In this document: positions 56,658-64,000 of the stretch, piece by piece
Numbering within the stretch: position 1 is the first letter of the stretch
Layout: the number at the start of each line of letters is the position of its first letter
Program-made: the position numbers and the translations under genes
The notes under the pieces: model-generated
Seen by the model: the letters and a program-made list of their open reading frames with translations, nothing else
Told to the model about the DNA's origin: nothing
Database searches by the model: none
Source: a bacterium
Lineage (GTDB): Bacteria > Orphanbacterota > Orphanbacteria > JBJXGV01
Length of the DNA stretch: 64,000 nt
Reading direction: 5' to 3'
Assembly (NCBI GenBank): GCA_046160485.1
Contig: JBJXGV010000001.1
Span: forward strand, 1,479-65,478

Positions 56658-57739
56658 TACGAATCGCTCACGATACCGGCGAAGAGCGGCGGCACGTAGA
56701 GCCCGACGCCACCCGTGCTCGGCGTGTAGAGAAGCGAGAATCCCTCGGGGAGCACGATCTGCGTCATGAAGCCCTGCGTTGTGAGGCTATCGAGCGACGC
56801 GGGGTACGCGCCGCGCTCCTGGCGATACTGCAAGACGGTCTTCCGAACGGTTGCAACCGTCTGCGAGACGCGCTCGGCCGTCTTGAAAACCGACAGCGCG
56901 CGCCCGCTCTTCGGATCGATGACGTAGCCGCGCCCGAATGGATCCGGGGGAAGCGCACGGAGGAACCCCGACGCGACGAGGTCGTGTGGAGAACGCGGGC
57001 TCGCGCCGCGCGCCGCGCGATACGCGTCGGCGGCGCTCTGAACATGGCGAAGGGCCTCCTCGAGATCGATGTCGTCGAGCGCGTACTGCGCGATCTCGTG
57101 CGTGACGGGGTTCGTGCTCGTCGCTTGGATCTCGCGCCACATCTCGCGCGCATTGCCCTCGCTTCCGCCGCGCCGGTACGCGAACGCCGCGAAGCGTTCA
57201 ACCTGCTCGCCCGCGCCCGGGAGCGCGGCGGCCCGGCGGAAGTACGCGGCGGCGAGCAGATCGCGACGGACGAGGTAGTTCACGAATCCGATGTCGAACG
57301 GAATTTCCCACCGGCTGGGGTTCGCGTGAAATCCGCGCTTCAATAGGTCAATCCCGCCGTCAGCGTCGAGAGCGTCCGTTGCGAGAACGAGTCCTCCGAA
57401 TCGAAACGCCTCGACGAAGAGTGGGTTCAGCGCCGTGATGACGTCGAAGATGTGCTTCGCCCAGAGGTACTGGCGGTCCGTCTGGCGGTGCATCCCGTAG
57501 TACTGGATCGCGCGAAGCCAGAGATAGTCGGCGATGATCTCCGATTGGCCGCCGGACACTTCGTCGAGAAACGCGCCCGACGGGAAGTAGACCATCTCCT
57601 GCTGCAAGAAACTGTCGGGGCGCGCGCGCTCGATCGCCGGGTCGAGAATGAACGACAGAACTCCCGCAAGCGCGAAGACCGCCGTGACCACGAGAGGCGC
57701 GGCGAGTTTTCGCCGGGTGAAATCGGCAAACGCGCTCAC
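56657..57739 (-). CDS. Hypothetical membrane-anchored helical-repeat (TPR-like) protein
   Basis: An N-terminal TM (LAAPLVVTAVFALAGVLSFIL) followed by an alpha-helical repeat-like sequence. I recognise no family. Its stop overlaps the kinase ATG by 1 nt (TAATG). Confidence 0.45.
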   Translation of the reverse strand: MSAFADFTRRKLAAPLVVTAVFALAGVLSFILDPAIERARPDSFLQQEMVYFPSGAFLDEVSGGQSEIIADYLWLRAIQYYGMHRQTDRQYLWAKHIFDVITALNPLFVEAFRFGGLVLATDALDADGGIDLLKRGFHANPSRWEIPFDIGFVNYLVRRDLLAAAYFRRAAALPGAGEQVERFAAFAYRRGGSEGNAREMWREIQATSTNPVTHEIAQYALDDIDLEEALRHVQSAADAYRAARGASPRSPHDLVASGFLRALPPDPFGRGYVIDPKSGRALSVFKTAERVSQTVATVRKTVLQYRQERGAYPASLDSLTTQGFMTQIVLPEGFSLLYTPSTGGVGLYVPPLFAGIVSDS

Positions 57740-57745
57740 GGCGGC

Positions 57746-58513
57746 CTACTTGAACTCGCGTCTCTCGAAGAGAAATCCCGAGAGAAACACGATGAGCGCC
57801 GAATAACCCGCGGCGTAGAGGAGCGCCATCAGCACGAACGTCGCCGAGACGCCGTTCGCATAGACGAGTTCGCCCTTGATGTTGAAGTTTTCGAGGTTCG
57901 GGAGCACGTAGGAGATCGCCGCCGTCACGAAGCGGCCGGCCGGCCCGCAGAACCGCTCGCCGAAGATGCGTAGGTCGGAGAGGAGATGGCCCGCGAAGAA
58001 GAGAAAGATCGTCACGCAGAACGCGAGGATCGGCGTGGAGACCGTCGTGAGGAGAAGCGCGACCGCCGTGATGACCGCCGCTTGCAAGAAAGACATCCCG
58101 ACCGAAACGAAGAGCCTGGGATCGACGTGACCGAGCGTCGCCGCGAGAATCGCCGCGAACGCGACTGCCATGATCGCGCAGTTGACGGCATTCATCAGCA
58201 AGAGGCCGAGGTATTTGCCGACGAGATAGTCGCGCCGCCGGATCGGCCGCGCCAGAAGAGTGTAGATCGTGCGCCGCTCGATCTCGTCGTGCACCAGAAG
58301 CGTCGACATGAGGAGCGAGAGGACGACGCTGAAGATATCGATGAACGAGAGCCCGATGTCGCAGACGAGCGTCTCCTTCTGGCCGGAGGCGAGTGGAATC
58401 GCCGCGATCGGCGCGAAGAAGATGAGGAGCGCGAACCCGACCGAGACGAAGAAGACGCGGCGCCGAACGGTTTCGCGGTACGTCGTCGCGGCGATGCAGA
58501 AGATTCGGTTCAC
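57746..58513 (-). CDS. ABC-2 type transporter permease
   Basis: Six hydrophobic segments and the typical N-terminus AATTYRETVRRRVFF...IERRTIYTLLARPIRRRDYLVGKYLG. The GTG overlaps the ATPase stop (GTGA). Confidence 0.75.
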   Translation of the reverse strand: MNRIFCIAATTYRETVRRRVFFVSVGFALLIFFAPIAAIPLASGQKETLVCDIGLSFIDIFSVVLSLLMSTLLVHDEIERRTIYTLLARPIRRRDYLVGKYLGLLLMNAVNCAIMAVAFAAILAATLGHVDPRLFVSVGMSFLQAAVITAVALLLTTVSTPILAFCVTIFLFFAGHLLSDLRIFGERFCGPAGRFVTAAISYVLPNLENFNIKGELVYANGVSATFVLMALLYAAGYSALIVFLSGFLFERREFK

Positions 58514-59466
58514 TCCGATTTCCCCCCGCCGGAGCCGCCGCCGACCTCACGCAGGAACGTGTCTTCAAGCGTTTCGCGACGGCGCACGATCGACTCGAGC
58601 GTCCCGCCGGTTTCGCGAATCGTGAACAACACCATGTCGACGTACTCCTCGCTATCGAGTGAGAGCCGCACCCGGGTTCCCGCCTTGCGCACATCCTTCA
58701 CCTGCGGCAGATGCGGCAAGACCTTCGTGTCGATGCCGCTGACCTCAAGCTCGAGTTGCTCGCCGCGATACTCGAGGATTTCGTCGAGCGGGCCGACGCG
58801 GCGGAGCTTCCCGTCGACGATGATCGCGACGCGGTCGCACATCGCCTCCACGTCTTGAAGAATGTGCGACGAGAGAAAAATGGTTTTGCCGGCCGCGCGA
58901 AGCCCGAGAATCAACTCGCGAATCTCGCGGCGTCCAACGGGGTCGAGTCCGGACATCGGCTCGTCGAAAATGAGCAGGCTCGGGTCGCCGATGATCGCCT
59001 GCGCGATCCCGGCGCGCTGAACCATTCCCTTCGAGAACTTGCGGAGGAGTCCGCCGGCCGCTTCGCGCAGGCCGACCAGTTCGAGCGTCTTCTCGACTTC
59101 GATCGAGAGCTTCTTCCCCGACAGGCCCGCCATTCCGCCGAAGAACGTCAGCATCTCGCGTGCGGTGAGGTGCCCGAAGAAATACGGGTTCTCGGGAAGG
59201 AATCCGACGCCCTCGCGTGCGCGGTGGTCGCGCGCACCGCGCCCGCGGAGAAGGACTCGTCCGCGCGTCGGCTTCGTAAGCCCGATGAGGAGCTTCATCG
59301 TCGTCGTCTTTCCCGCGCCGTTGGGGCCGAGGTAGCCGAACACCTCGCCCGGCTGCACCGTGAGCGAAACGCCCGACAAGGCCGTCTTCGGCCGGCGAAG
59401 GAAATCCGATCGGTATTCCTTCCAAACATTCTCGAGTTGAATCACGTTCACGATATCGGCAGGCAA
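58510..59466 (-). CDS. ABC transporter ATP-binding protein
   Basis: Walker [10 protein letters not shown], the signature FSKGMVQR (LSGG-like), Walker [13 protein letters not shown] and the H-loop SSHIL. Confidence 0.9.
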   Translation of the reverse strand: MPADIVNVIQLENVWKEYRSDFLRRPKTALSGVSLTVQPGEVFGYLGPNGAGKTTTMKLLIGLTKPTRGRVLLRGRGARDHRAREGVGFLPENPYFFGHLTAREMLTFFGGMAGLSGKKLSIEVEKTLELVGLREAAGGLLRKFSKGMVQRAGIAQAIIGDPSLLIFDEPMSGLDPVGRREIRELILGLRAAGKTIFLSSHILQDVEAMCDRVAIIVDGKLRRVGPLDEILEYRGEQLELEVSGIDTKVLPHLPQVKDVRKAGTRVRLSLDSEEYVDMVLFTIRETGGTLESIVRRRETLEDTFLREVGGGSGGGKSE

Positions 59467-59501
59467 TGCCGATCTATTGAGCGGCGGCGCTTACGCTTCC
59501 A

Positions 59502-59530
59502 TTGAACGCCCCCAGGCCCCGTGATATATT
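59502..59530 (+). promoter_or_regulatory. Candidate sigma-70 promoter for korAB
   Basis: TTGAAC (59502-59507), a 17-nt spacer, then TATATT (59525-59530), about 75 nt upstream of the korA ATG. Confidence 0.35.
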
Positions 59531-59604
59531 GGCCACGATTTTTGGCGCCCAACCCGTACCGACTCGAACCCGCTTCGGAATCTGAAGAAGGGAACTCATA
59601 AGGC

Positions 59605-61473
59605 ATGTCCACAACCGAAAGAAAATCGTCGTCGCCCGAACGGCGCATCGAGAAGCTCGATCACGTTGTCATCCGCTTCGCGGGCGATTCGGGTGACGGT
59701 ATGCAGGTCACCGGAAATCAGTTCTCGTCGACGTCGGCCGCGGTCGGCAACGACATCGCGACATTCCCCGACTTCCCCGCCGAGATTCGCGCTCCAGCCG
59801 GTACTCTTCCCGGCGTCTCCGGATTCCAGATTAACTTCGCGTCGTCGGATATTTTCACGCCGGGCGACGCGCCCGATGTTCTCGTCGCGATGAACCCCGC
59901 GGCGCTCAAGGTGAACCTCGGCGATCTGAAGCGCGGCGGCATCATCATCGCGAACCGTGACGCGTTCGAGAAGAAAGACCTCGACAAGGCCGGCTACGCG
60001 TCCAACCCGCTCGATGATGGCGCGCTCGAAGGTTACCGGCTCTTCCAGGTCGATCTCTCGCGTCTAACGAAGGTCGCGCTCGAGTCGACGGGCCTCACGT
60101 CGCGCGAAGTGGAGCGCTGCAAGAACTTTTTCGCGCTCGGCCTGACGTACTGGCTCTATGGCCGCCCGCTCGATCATTCCATTCGCTACATCGAGGCCTA
60201 CTTCGCGAAGAAGCCGCAGTACGTCGAGGCGAACGTGCTCGCGCTCAAGGCGGGTTACACGTACGGCGAGGCCACCGAAGTTTTCCAGACGACGTACGAG
60301 GTACCGCCGGCGAAGCTCGTGCCCGGGAAGTACCGCAACATCGCGGGGAACTCGGCGCTCACGCTCGGCGCGATCACGGCGGCGAATCACGCGGGCGTGA
60401 AGCTCTTCCTCGGTTCCTATCCGATCACACCGGCGTCCGACATCCTTCACGAGATGTCGAAGTACCTCAACTACGGCGTCATCACGTTTCAGGCGGAAGA
60501 TGAAATCGCGGCTGTTGCGTCGGCGATCGGCGCGTCGTTCGGCGGATCGCTCGGCATGACGACGACGAGCGGGCCCGGCGTCGCGCTCAAGACCGAGGCG
60601 ATCGGTCTGGCGACGATGGTCGAACTGCCGCTCTTGATCGCGAACATTCAGCGCGGCGGACCGAGTACGGGACTGCCGACGAAAACGGAGCAGGCCGATC
60701 TCTTCCAAGCGCTCTTCGGCCGCAACTCCGAGGCGCCGATTCCCGTCATCGCGGCACAGAGCCCGAGCGACTGCTTTCTCGCAGCGTACGAGGCCGCGCG
60801 CATCGCGCTCAAGTACATGACGCCCGTCTTCATTCTGTCGGACGGCTACCTCGCGAACGGCTCCGAGCCGTGGCTGTTGCCCGATCTGTCGAAACTCCCG
60901 AAGATGGTCACGCGCTTCCGGACCGACCCGAACGGCTTTCAGCCGTACGATCGTGATCCGGCGACGTACGCGCGGCCGTGGGCCGTGCCGGGCACGCCGG
61001 GGATGCAGCACCGAATCGGCGGTCTCGAAAAGGAAGACGGCAGCGGCAACGTCAACTACGACCCGCTCAATCACGAGAAGATGGTCCGGCTCCGCGCGCA
61101 AAAGGTCGCGTCGGTCGTGCAGGATGTTCCCGACGTCGAGGTGATGGGCGCGCAGTCCGGCGACCTCCTCCTCGTCGGATGGGGCTCGACGTACGGCTCG
61201 ATCACCGGGGCGCTGCGCCGGCTCCGTGCGGAAGATCGCTCCGTCGGCCACGTCCACCTGCGCTGGCTCAACCCGCTGCCGAAGAACCTCGGCGACGTGT
61301 TGAAGCGCTTCAAGCGCATCATCGTGCCGGAGATGAACCTCGGCCAACTGACGTTCGTTCTCCGCGGACGCTTCCTTGTCGACGCGCTCTGCCTCTCGAA
61401 GGTGCAGGGTCGTCCGTTCACGGAGATTGAAATCATCGAAAAGGCCCACGAAGTTCTGGGAGAGATGAAATGA
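59605..61473 (+). CDS. korA: 2-oxoglutarate/2-oxoacid:ferredoxin oxidoreductase, alpha subunit (fused gamma-alpha type)
   Basis: VIRFAGDSGDGMQVTGNQF...FPDFPAEIRAPAGTLPGVSGFQINF...GSYPITPASDILH...VFILSDGYL. Confidence 0.88.
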   Translation: MSTTERKSSSPERRIEKLDHVVIRFAGDSGDGMQVTGNQFSSTSAAVGNDIATFPDFPAEIRAPAGTLPGVSGFQINFASSDIFTPGDAPDVLVAMNPAALKVNLGDLKRGGIIIANRDAFEKKDLDKAGYASNPLDDGALEGYRLFQVDLSRLTKVALESTGLTSREVERCKNFFALGLTYWLYGRPLDHSIRYIEAYFAKKPQYVEANVLALKAGYTYGEATEVFQTTYEVPPAKLVPGKYRNIAGNSALTLGAITAANHAGVKLFLGSYPITPASDILHEMSKYLNYGVITFQAEDEIAAVASAIGASFGGSLGMTTTSGPGVALKTEAIGLATMVELPLLIANIQRGGPSTGLPTKTEQADLFQALFGRNSEAPIPVIAAQSPSDCFLAAYEAARIALKYMTPVFILSDGYLANGSEPWLLPDLSKLPKMVTRFRTDPNGFQPYDRDPATYARPWAVPGTPGMQHRIGGLEKEDGSGNVNYDPLNHEKMVRLRAQKVASVVQDVPDVEVMGAQSGDLLLVGWGSTYGSITGALRRLRAEDRSVGHVHLRWLNPLPKNLGDVLKRFKRIIVPEMNLGQLTFVLRGRFLVDALCLSKVQGRPFTEIEIIEKAHEVLGEMK

Positions 61474-62513
61474 GCGCGACCGCCCGACCGACGGGAGAGA
61501 CCCTTCCCGAAGCCAAACTGACGAAGAAGGATTTCGTCACCGATCAAGAGGTGCGCTGGTGCCCCGGGTGCGGCGACTACGCGATCCTCAACGCGGTGCA
61601 GCAAGTTTTCCCGGAGCTCGGGATTCCGCGGGAGAAGATGGTCGTCGTGTCGGGAATCGGGTGCTCGAGCCGCTTCCCGTACTACATGAATACGTACGGC
61701 TTCCACTCGATCCACGGACGCGCTCCGGCGGTTGCGACCGGCCTGAAGATCGCCCGCCCCGAGCTATCGGTGTGGGTCGTCACGGGCGACGGCGACGCGC
61801 TCGCCATCGGCGGCAACCACATCATTCACCTGCTCCGGCGCAACGTCGGCGTGAAGGTGCTGATGTTCAACAACCGGATCTACGGCCTGACGAAGGGGCA
61901 ATACTCCCCCACGTCCGAAATCGGGAAGAAGACGAAGTCGACGCCGCATGGCTCGGTCGACCGTCCGTTCAATCCGATCTCGCTCGCGATCGGCATGGAG
62001 GCCACGTTCGTGGCCCGCTCGATCGACGTCGACGTGGCGCACATGAAGTCGATCATCCGGCGCGCAGCGGCGCACGAGGGCACGGCTTTCGTCGAGATCT
62101 ACCAGAACTGCAACATTTTTAACGACGGCGCCTTCGAGGATGTCGCCAACAAAGAGAACCGCCCTGACAATGCGGTGTACATGGAACACGGCAAGCCGCT
62201 CATCTACGGGAAAAATCGCGATAAGGGATTGCGGCTTAACGGATTCAAACTCGAACCCACTCAGATCGGCGGGAGCGTGACCGAACAAGACCTCTACGTG
62301 CACGACGAGCACGGCTCCGCTGCGATGGCGTTTTCCCTTTCGAGGCTCGCGGGTCCTCCCAACGGTCCGGTCCCGCTCGGAATCTTCCGCGAGACCCGTA
62401 CGACGACGTTCGAAGAGGCAGTGCATCACCAAGTGGACGATGTCACGACCCAGAAGGGGAAGGGCAGTCTCGAGAAGTTGCTCAACTCCGGCGAAACTTG
62501 GGTCGTATCGTAG
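61470..62513 (+). CDS. korB: 2-oxoglutarate/2-oxoacid:ferredoxin oxidoreductase, beta subunit (TPP-binding)
   Basis: VRWCPGCGDYAIL...VSGIGCSSRFPYY...HGRAPAVATG...GDGDALAIGGNH...NNRIYGLTKGQ. It overlaps korA by 4 nt. Confidence 0.9.
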   Translation: MSATARPTGETLPEAKLTKKDFVTDQEVRWCPGCGDYAILNAVQQVFPELGIPREKMVVVSGIGCSSRFPYYMNTYGFHSIHGRAPAVATGLKIARPELSVWVVTGDGDALAIGGNHIIHLLRRNVGVKVLMFNNRIYGLTKGQYSPTSEIGKKTKSTPHGSVDRPFNPISLAIGMEATFVARSIDVDVAHMKSIIRRAAAHEGTAFVEIYQNCNIFNDGAFEDVANKENRPDNAVYMEHGKPLIYGKNRDKGLRLNGFKLEPTQIGGSVTEQDLYVHDEHGSAAMAFSLSRLAGPPNGPVPLGIFRETRTTTFEEAVHHQVDDVTTQKGKGSLEKLLNSGETWVVS

Positions 62514-62554
62514 CTGACCCCTAACACCCAACCCATGGAGGCGAAGAACCTCCG

Positions 62555-63313
62555 ATGAAAGGGGATTTAAGAATGACGAATCAGAAGAAGGCACTCGCGG
62601 GGCTCATGGCGTTCGCCGTTATTGCGGTCGGCGTGGTCGCGTACAACTCGACCGCGTTCGGCGGCAAGGATTGCGGCGCGAGCGCGACGAAGGCATCCGC
62701 CTCAGAGTGCACGGCCGGCAAGGCCGAGACGACTTCGGCGAGCGGCGAGAAGGCCGGTTGCTGCGCCTCGAAGGGTGTCTCGCAGGCCTCCGCGACGACC
62801 AATGCGACCGTCGTTCCTGTGGGCGCGGGCGCGTCGTGCGGCATGAAGAGCGAAGGCGCGTCGCAGGCCGGCAAGAGCTGCTCGATGGGCGCAAGCCAGG
62901 CGAGCGCGGGCGCGTGCTCCAAGGAAATGGCCGAGTGCGGCGGCTGCGACCTCTACAAGTCGTACTGGCAGTCGCTCGAGAAGGCCGGCTTCGAGATGAA
63001 GACGGTCGCCAACGGCATCGAGATCAAGCTCACGTCCGATGATCCCGCCGTCCTCGCGGAGCTCGTGAAGTACTCGAACGCGAAGGTCGCGATGTACAAG
63101 GGTCTCAAGGCCGGCGAGGCGCTCAAGGGTTGCTCGTTCTGCCAGGAGAAGGCGACGCTCATGAAGGACGCTTCGTTCGCGGTCGTCTCCGACGCGCACA
63201 GCGTCAAGACGGTCGTCACCTCCGCGACGCCGACGACGGTCGAAGGCCTCCACAAGATCGCGGCGACGCAGCAGCCCGCGACGGATGTCTCTTCCGCGAA
63301 GGTCGAAGGCTAA
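62555..63313 (+). CDS. Cys-rich secreted or membrane-anchored protein of unknown function
   Basis: N-terminal anchor KKALAGLMAFAVIAVGVVAY. A ~100-aa Ala/Ser/Gly-rich segment follows, with about 11 Cys (GKDCGAS, SECTAG, GCCASKG, ASCGMK, KSCSMG, GACSKEMAECGGCD). The C-terminal part is structured and carries CSFC. The start may be the ATG at 62573. Confidence 0.5.
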   Translation: MKGDLRMTNQKKALAGLMAFAVIAVGVVAYNSTAFGGKDCGASATKASASECTAGKAETTSASGEKAGCCASKGVSQASATTNATVVPVGAGASCGMKSEGASQAGKSCSMGASQASAGACSKEMAECGGCDLYKSYWQSLEKAGFEMKTVANGIEIKLTSDDPAVLAELVKYSNAKVAMYKGLKAGEALKGCSFCQEKATLMKDASFAVVSDAHSVKTVVTSATPTTVEGLHKIAATQQPATDVSSAKVEG

Positions 63314-63337
63314 GCAGTACTTCAGTCCGGAAACAAC

Positions 63338-63371
63338 GCGCGCGCCGCAGCAATGCGGCGCGCGTTTTTTT
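63338..63371. terminator. Bidirectional rho-independent terminator between convergent genes
   Basis: GCGCGCGCCGCA-gcaa-UGCGGCGCGCG followed by UUUUUUU on the plus strand. The A-rich stretch upstream gives a partial U-tract on the minus strand. Confidence 0.75.
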
Positions 63372-64000
63372 ATGCGCGCACCGCCACCGGCTTCAAGGCG
63401 CGGACGAACGCGCTCATGAATTTGCCGTCGGCTTGCGCGATCGCGTCGTCGTCAGCGATGCCGGCGGTCGCGAGGAACGCGCGCGCGTCCTCGGCGCGGT
63501 AGATGCGCGTCGGCTCGATCGTGATGTCGGCGAAGCCGGCGTCAGCGAGGAGCCGGCGATACTCGTCCTCTTCGAGCGCGCCCGCGACGCAGCCGATCCA
63601 CAGCTCCACGTTCTTGCGAACCTCCGGCGGCACCTCGCCGCGCACGACCACGTCCGAGACCGCGAGGCGGCCGCCAGGCTTGAGCACGCGAAACGCCTCC
63701 GCTAGAACGCGCCCCTTGTCGGTCGAAAGATTGATCACGCAGTTCGAGATGATGACGTCGACCGCCGACTCGGGAAGCGGGATCGCCTCGATCTCGCCTT
63801 TGAGGAACTCGACGTTCGTGACGGCGGCCTTCCGCGCGTTCTCGCGCGCGAGCGAGAGCATCTCGTCGGTCATATCGAGTCCGTACGCCTTGCCCGTGGC
63901 GCCGACGCGTTTCGCCGACAGAAGCACGTCGATGCCGCCGCCGGAACCGAGGTCGAGCACGATCTCGCCGGGCGCGAGGGTGGCGAGCGCGGTCGGGTTG
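63370..64000 (-). CDS. arsM: Arsenite S-adenosylmethionine methyltransferase (N-terminus runs off the window end)
   Basis: VLDLGSGGGIDVLLSA SAM motif I, VDVIISNCVINL, RVLKPGGRLAVSD and LWIGCVAGAL with the conserved Cys. The frame stays open to the window end (...LATLAPGEIV). Confidence 0.85.
   Translation of the reverse strand, partial: NPTALATLAPGEIVLDLGSGGGIDVLLSAKRVGATGKAYGLDMTDEMLSLARENARKAAVTNVEFLKGEIEAIPLPESAVDVIISNCVINLSTDKGRVLAEAFRVLKPGGRLAVSDVVVRGEVPPEVRKNVELWIGCVAGALEEDEYRRLLADAGFADITIEPTRIYRAEDARAFLATAGIADDDAIAQADGKFMSAFVRALKPVAVRA

Noticed and set aside
62514-62554. The GGAGG-cgaagaa-CCTCC hairpin between korB and the Cys-rich ORF, considered as a terminator or attenuator.
   Set aside because: It has only a 5-bp stem and no U-tract. 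It may simply reflect the Shine-Dalgarno region. That is too weak to call.

Overview
High-G+C bacterial chromosomal window (about two-thirds G+C by eye). I call about 58 protein genes and one tRNA. Most genes are on the minus strand, and many are packed with 1-4 nt stop/start overlaps. I saw no rRNA, CRISPR array, transposase, integrase or phage module. Content from left to right: (1) a truncated tricorn-protease homologue, then a xanthine-dehydrogenase-family molybdoenzyme operon (2Fe-2S, Mo and FAD subunits plus MocA) that looks like the 4-hydroxybenzoyl-CoA-reductase type. (2) Three paralogous membrane-anchored SGNH/GDSL proteins interrupted by an aminotransferase, then a squalene synthase. 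(3) The conserved gap-pgk-tpiA-secG-tRNA-Leu(GAG) block. (4) An orphan histidine-kinase-like gene that lacks the phospho-acceptor His. (5) The classical yceD-rpmF-plsX-fabH-fabD-fabG-acpP-fabF-rnc cluster. (6) A DUF401-type membrane protein, an ECF sigma factor with a ChrR-type anti-sigma factor, ferritin, an SDR epimerase, a thioesterase, an HDOD protein, a TrmJ-like methyltransferase and an IscU-like protein. (7) An envelope glycan block (GT-C, FemAB-like, GT9, beta-helix lipoprotein). (8) A contiguous minus-strand block of about 20 kb related to type IV pili: ABC transporter, TPR-like protein, PilS/PilR-like two-component system, predicted sigma-54 promoter, four minor pilins, pilMNOPQ, a ~1000-aa Ig-repeat lipoprotein and a small beta-barrel. 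(9) korAB, a Cys-rich secreted protein and a truncated arsM. The most unusual content is in block 8. It holds a ~960-aa PilW-like pseudopilin fused to four FN3-like modules and a lectin-like jelly-roll. No PilY1 is present. A Big_1-repeat lipoprotein plus a separate small outer-membrane barrel sit directly downstream of pilQ. All functional calls come from reading translated motifs by eye; no database search was run.
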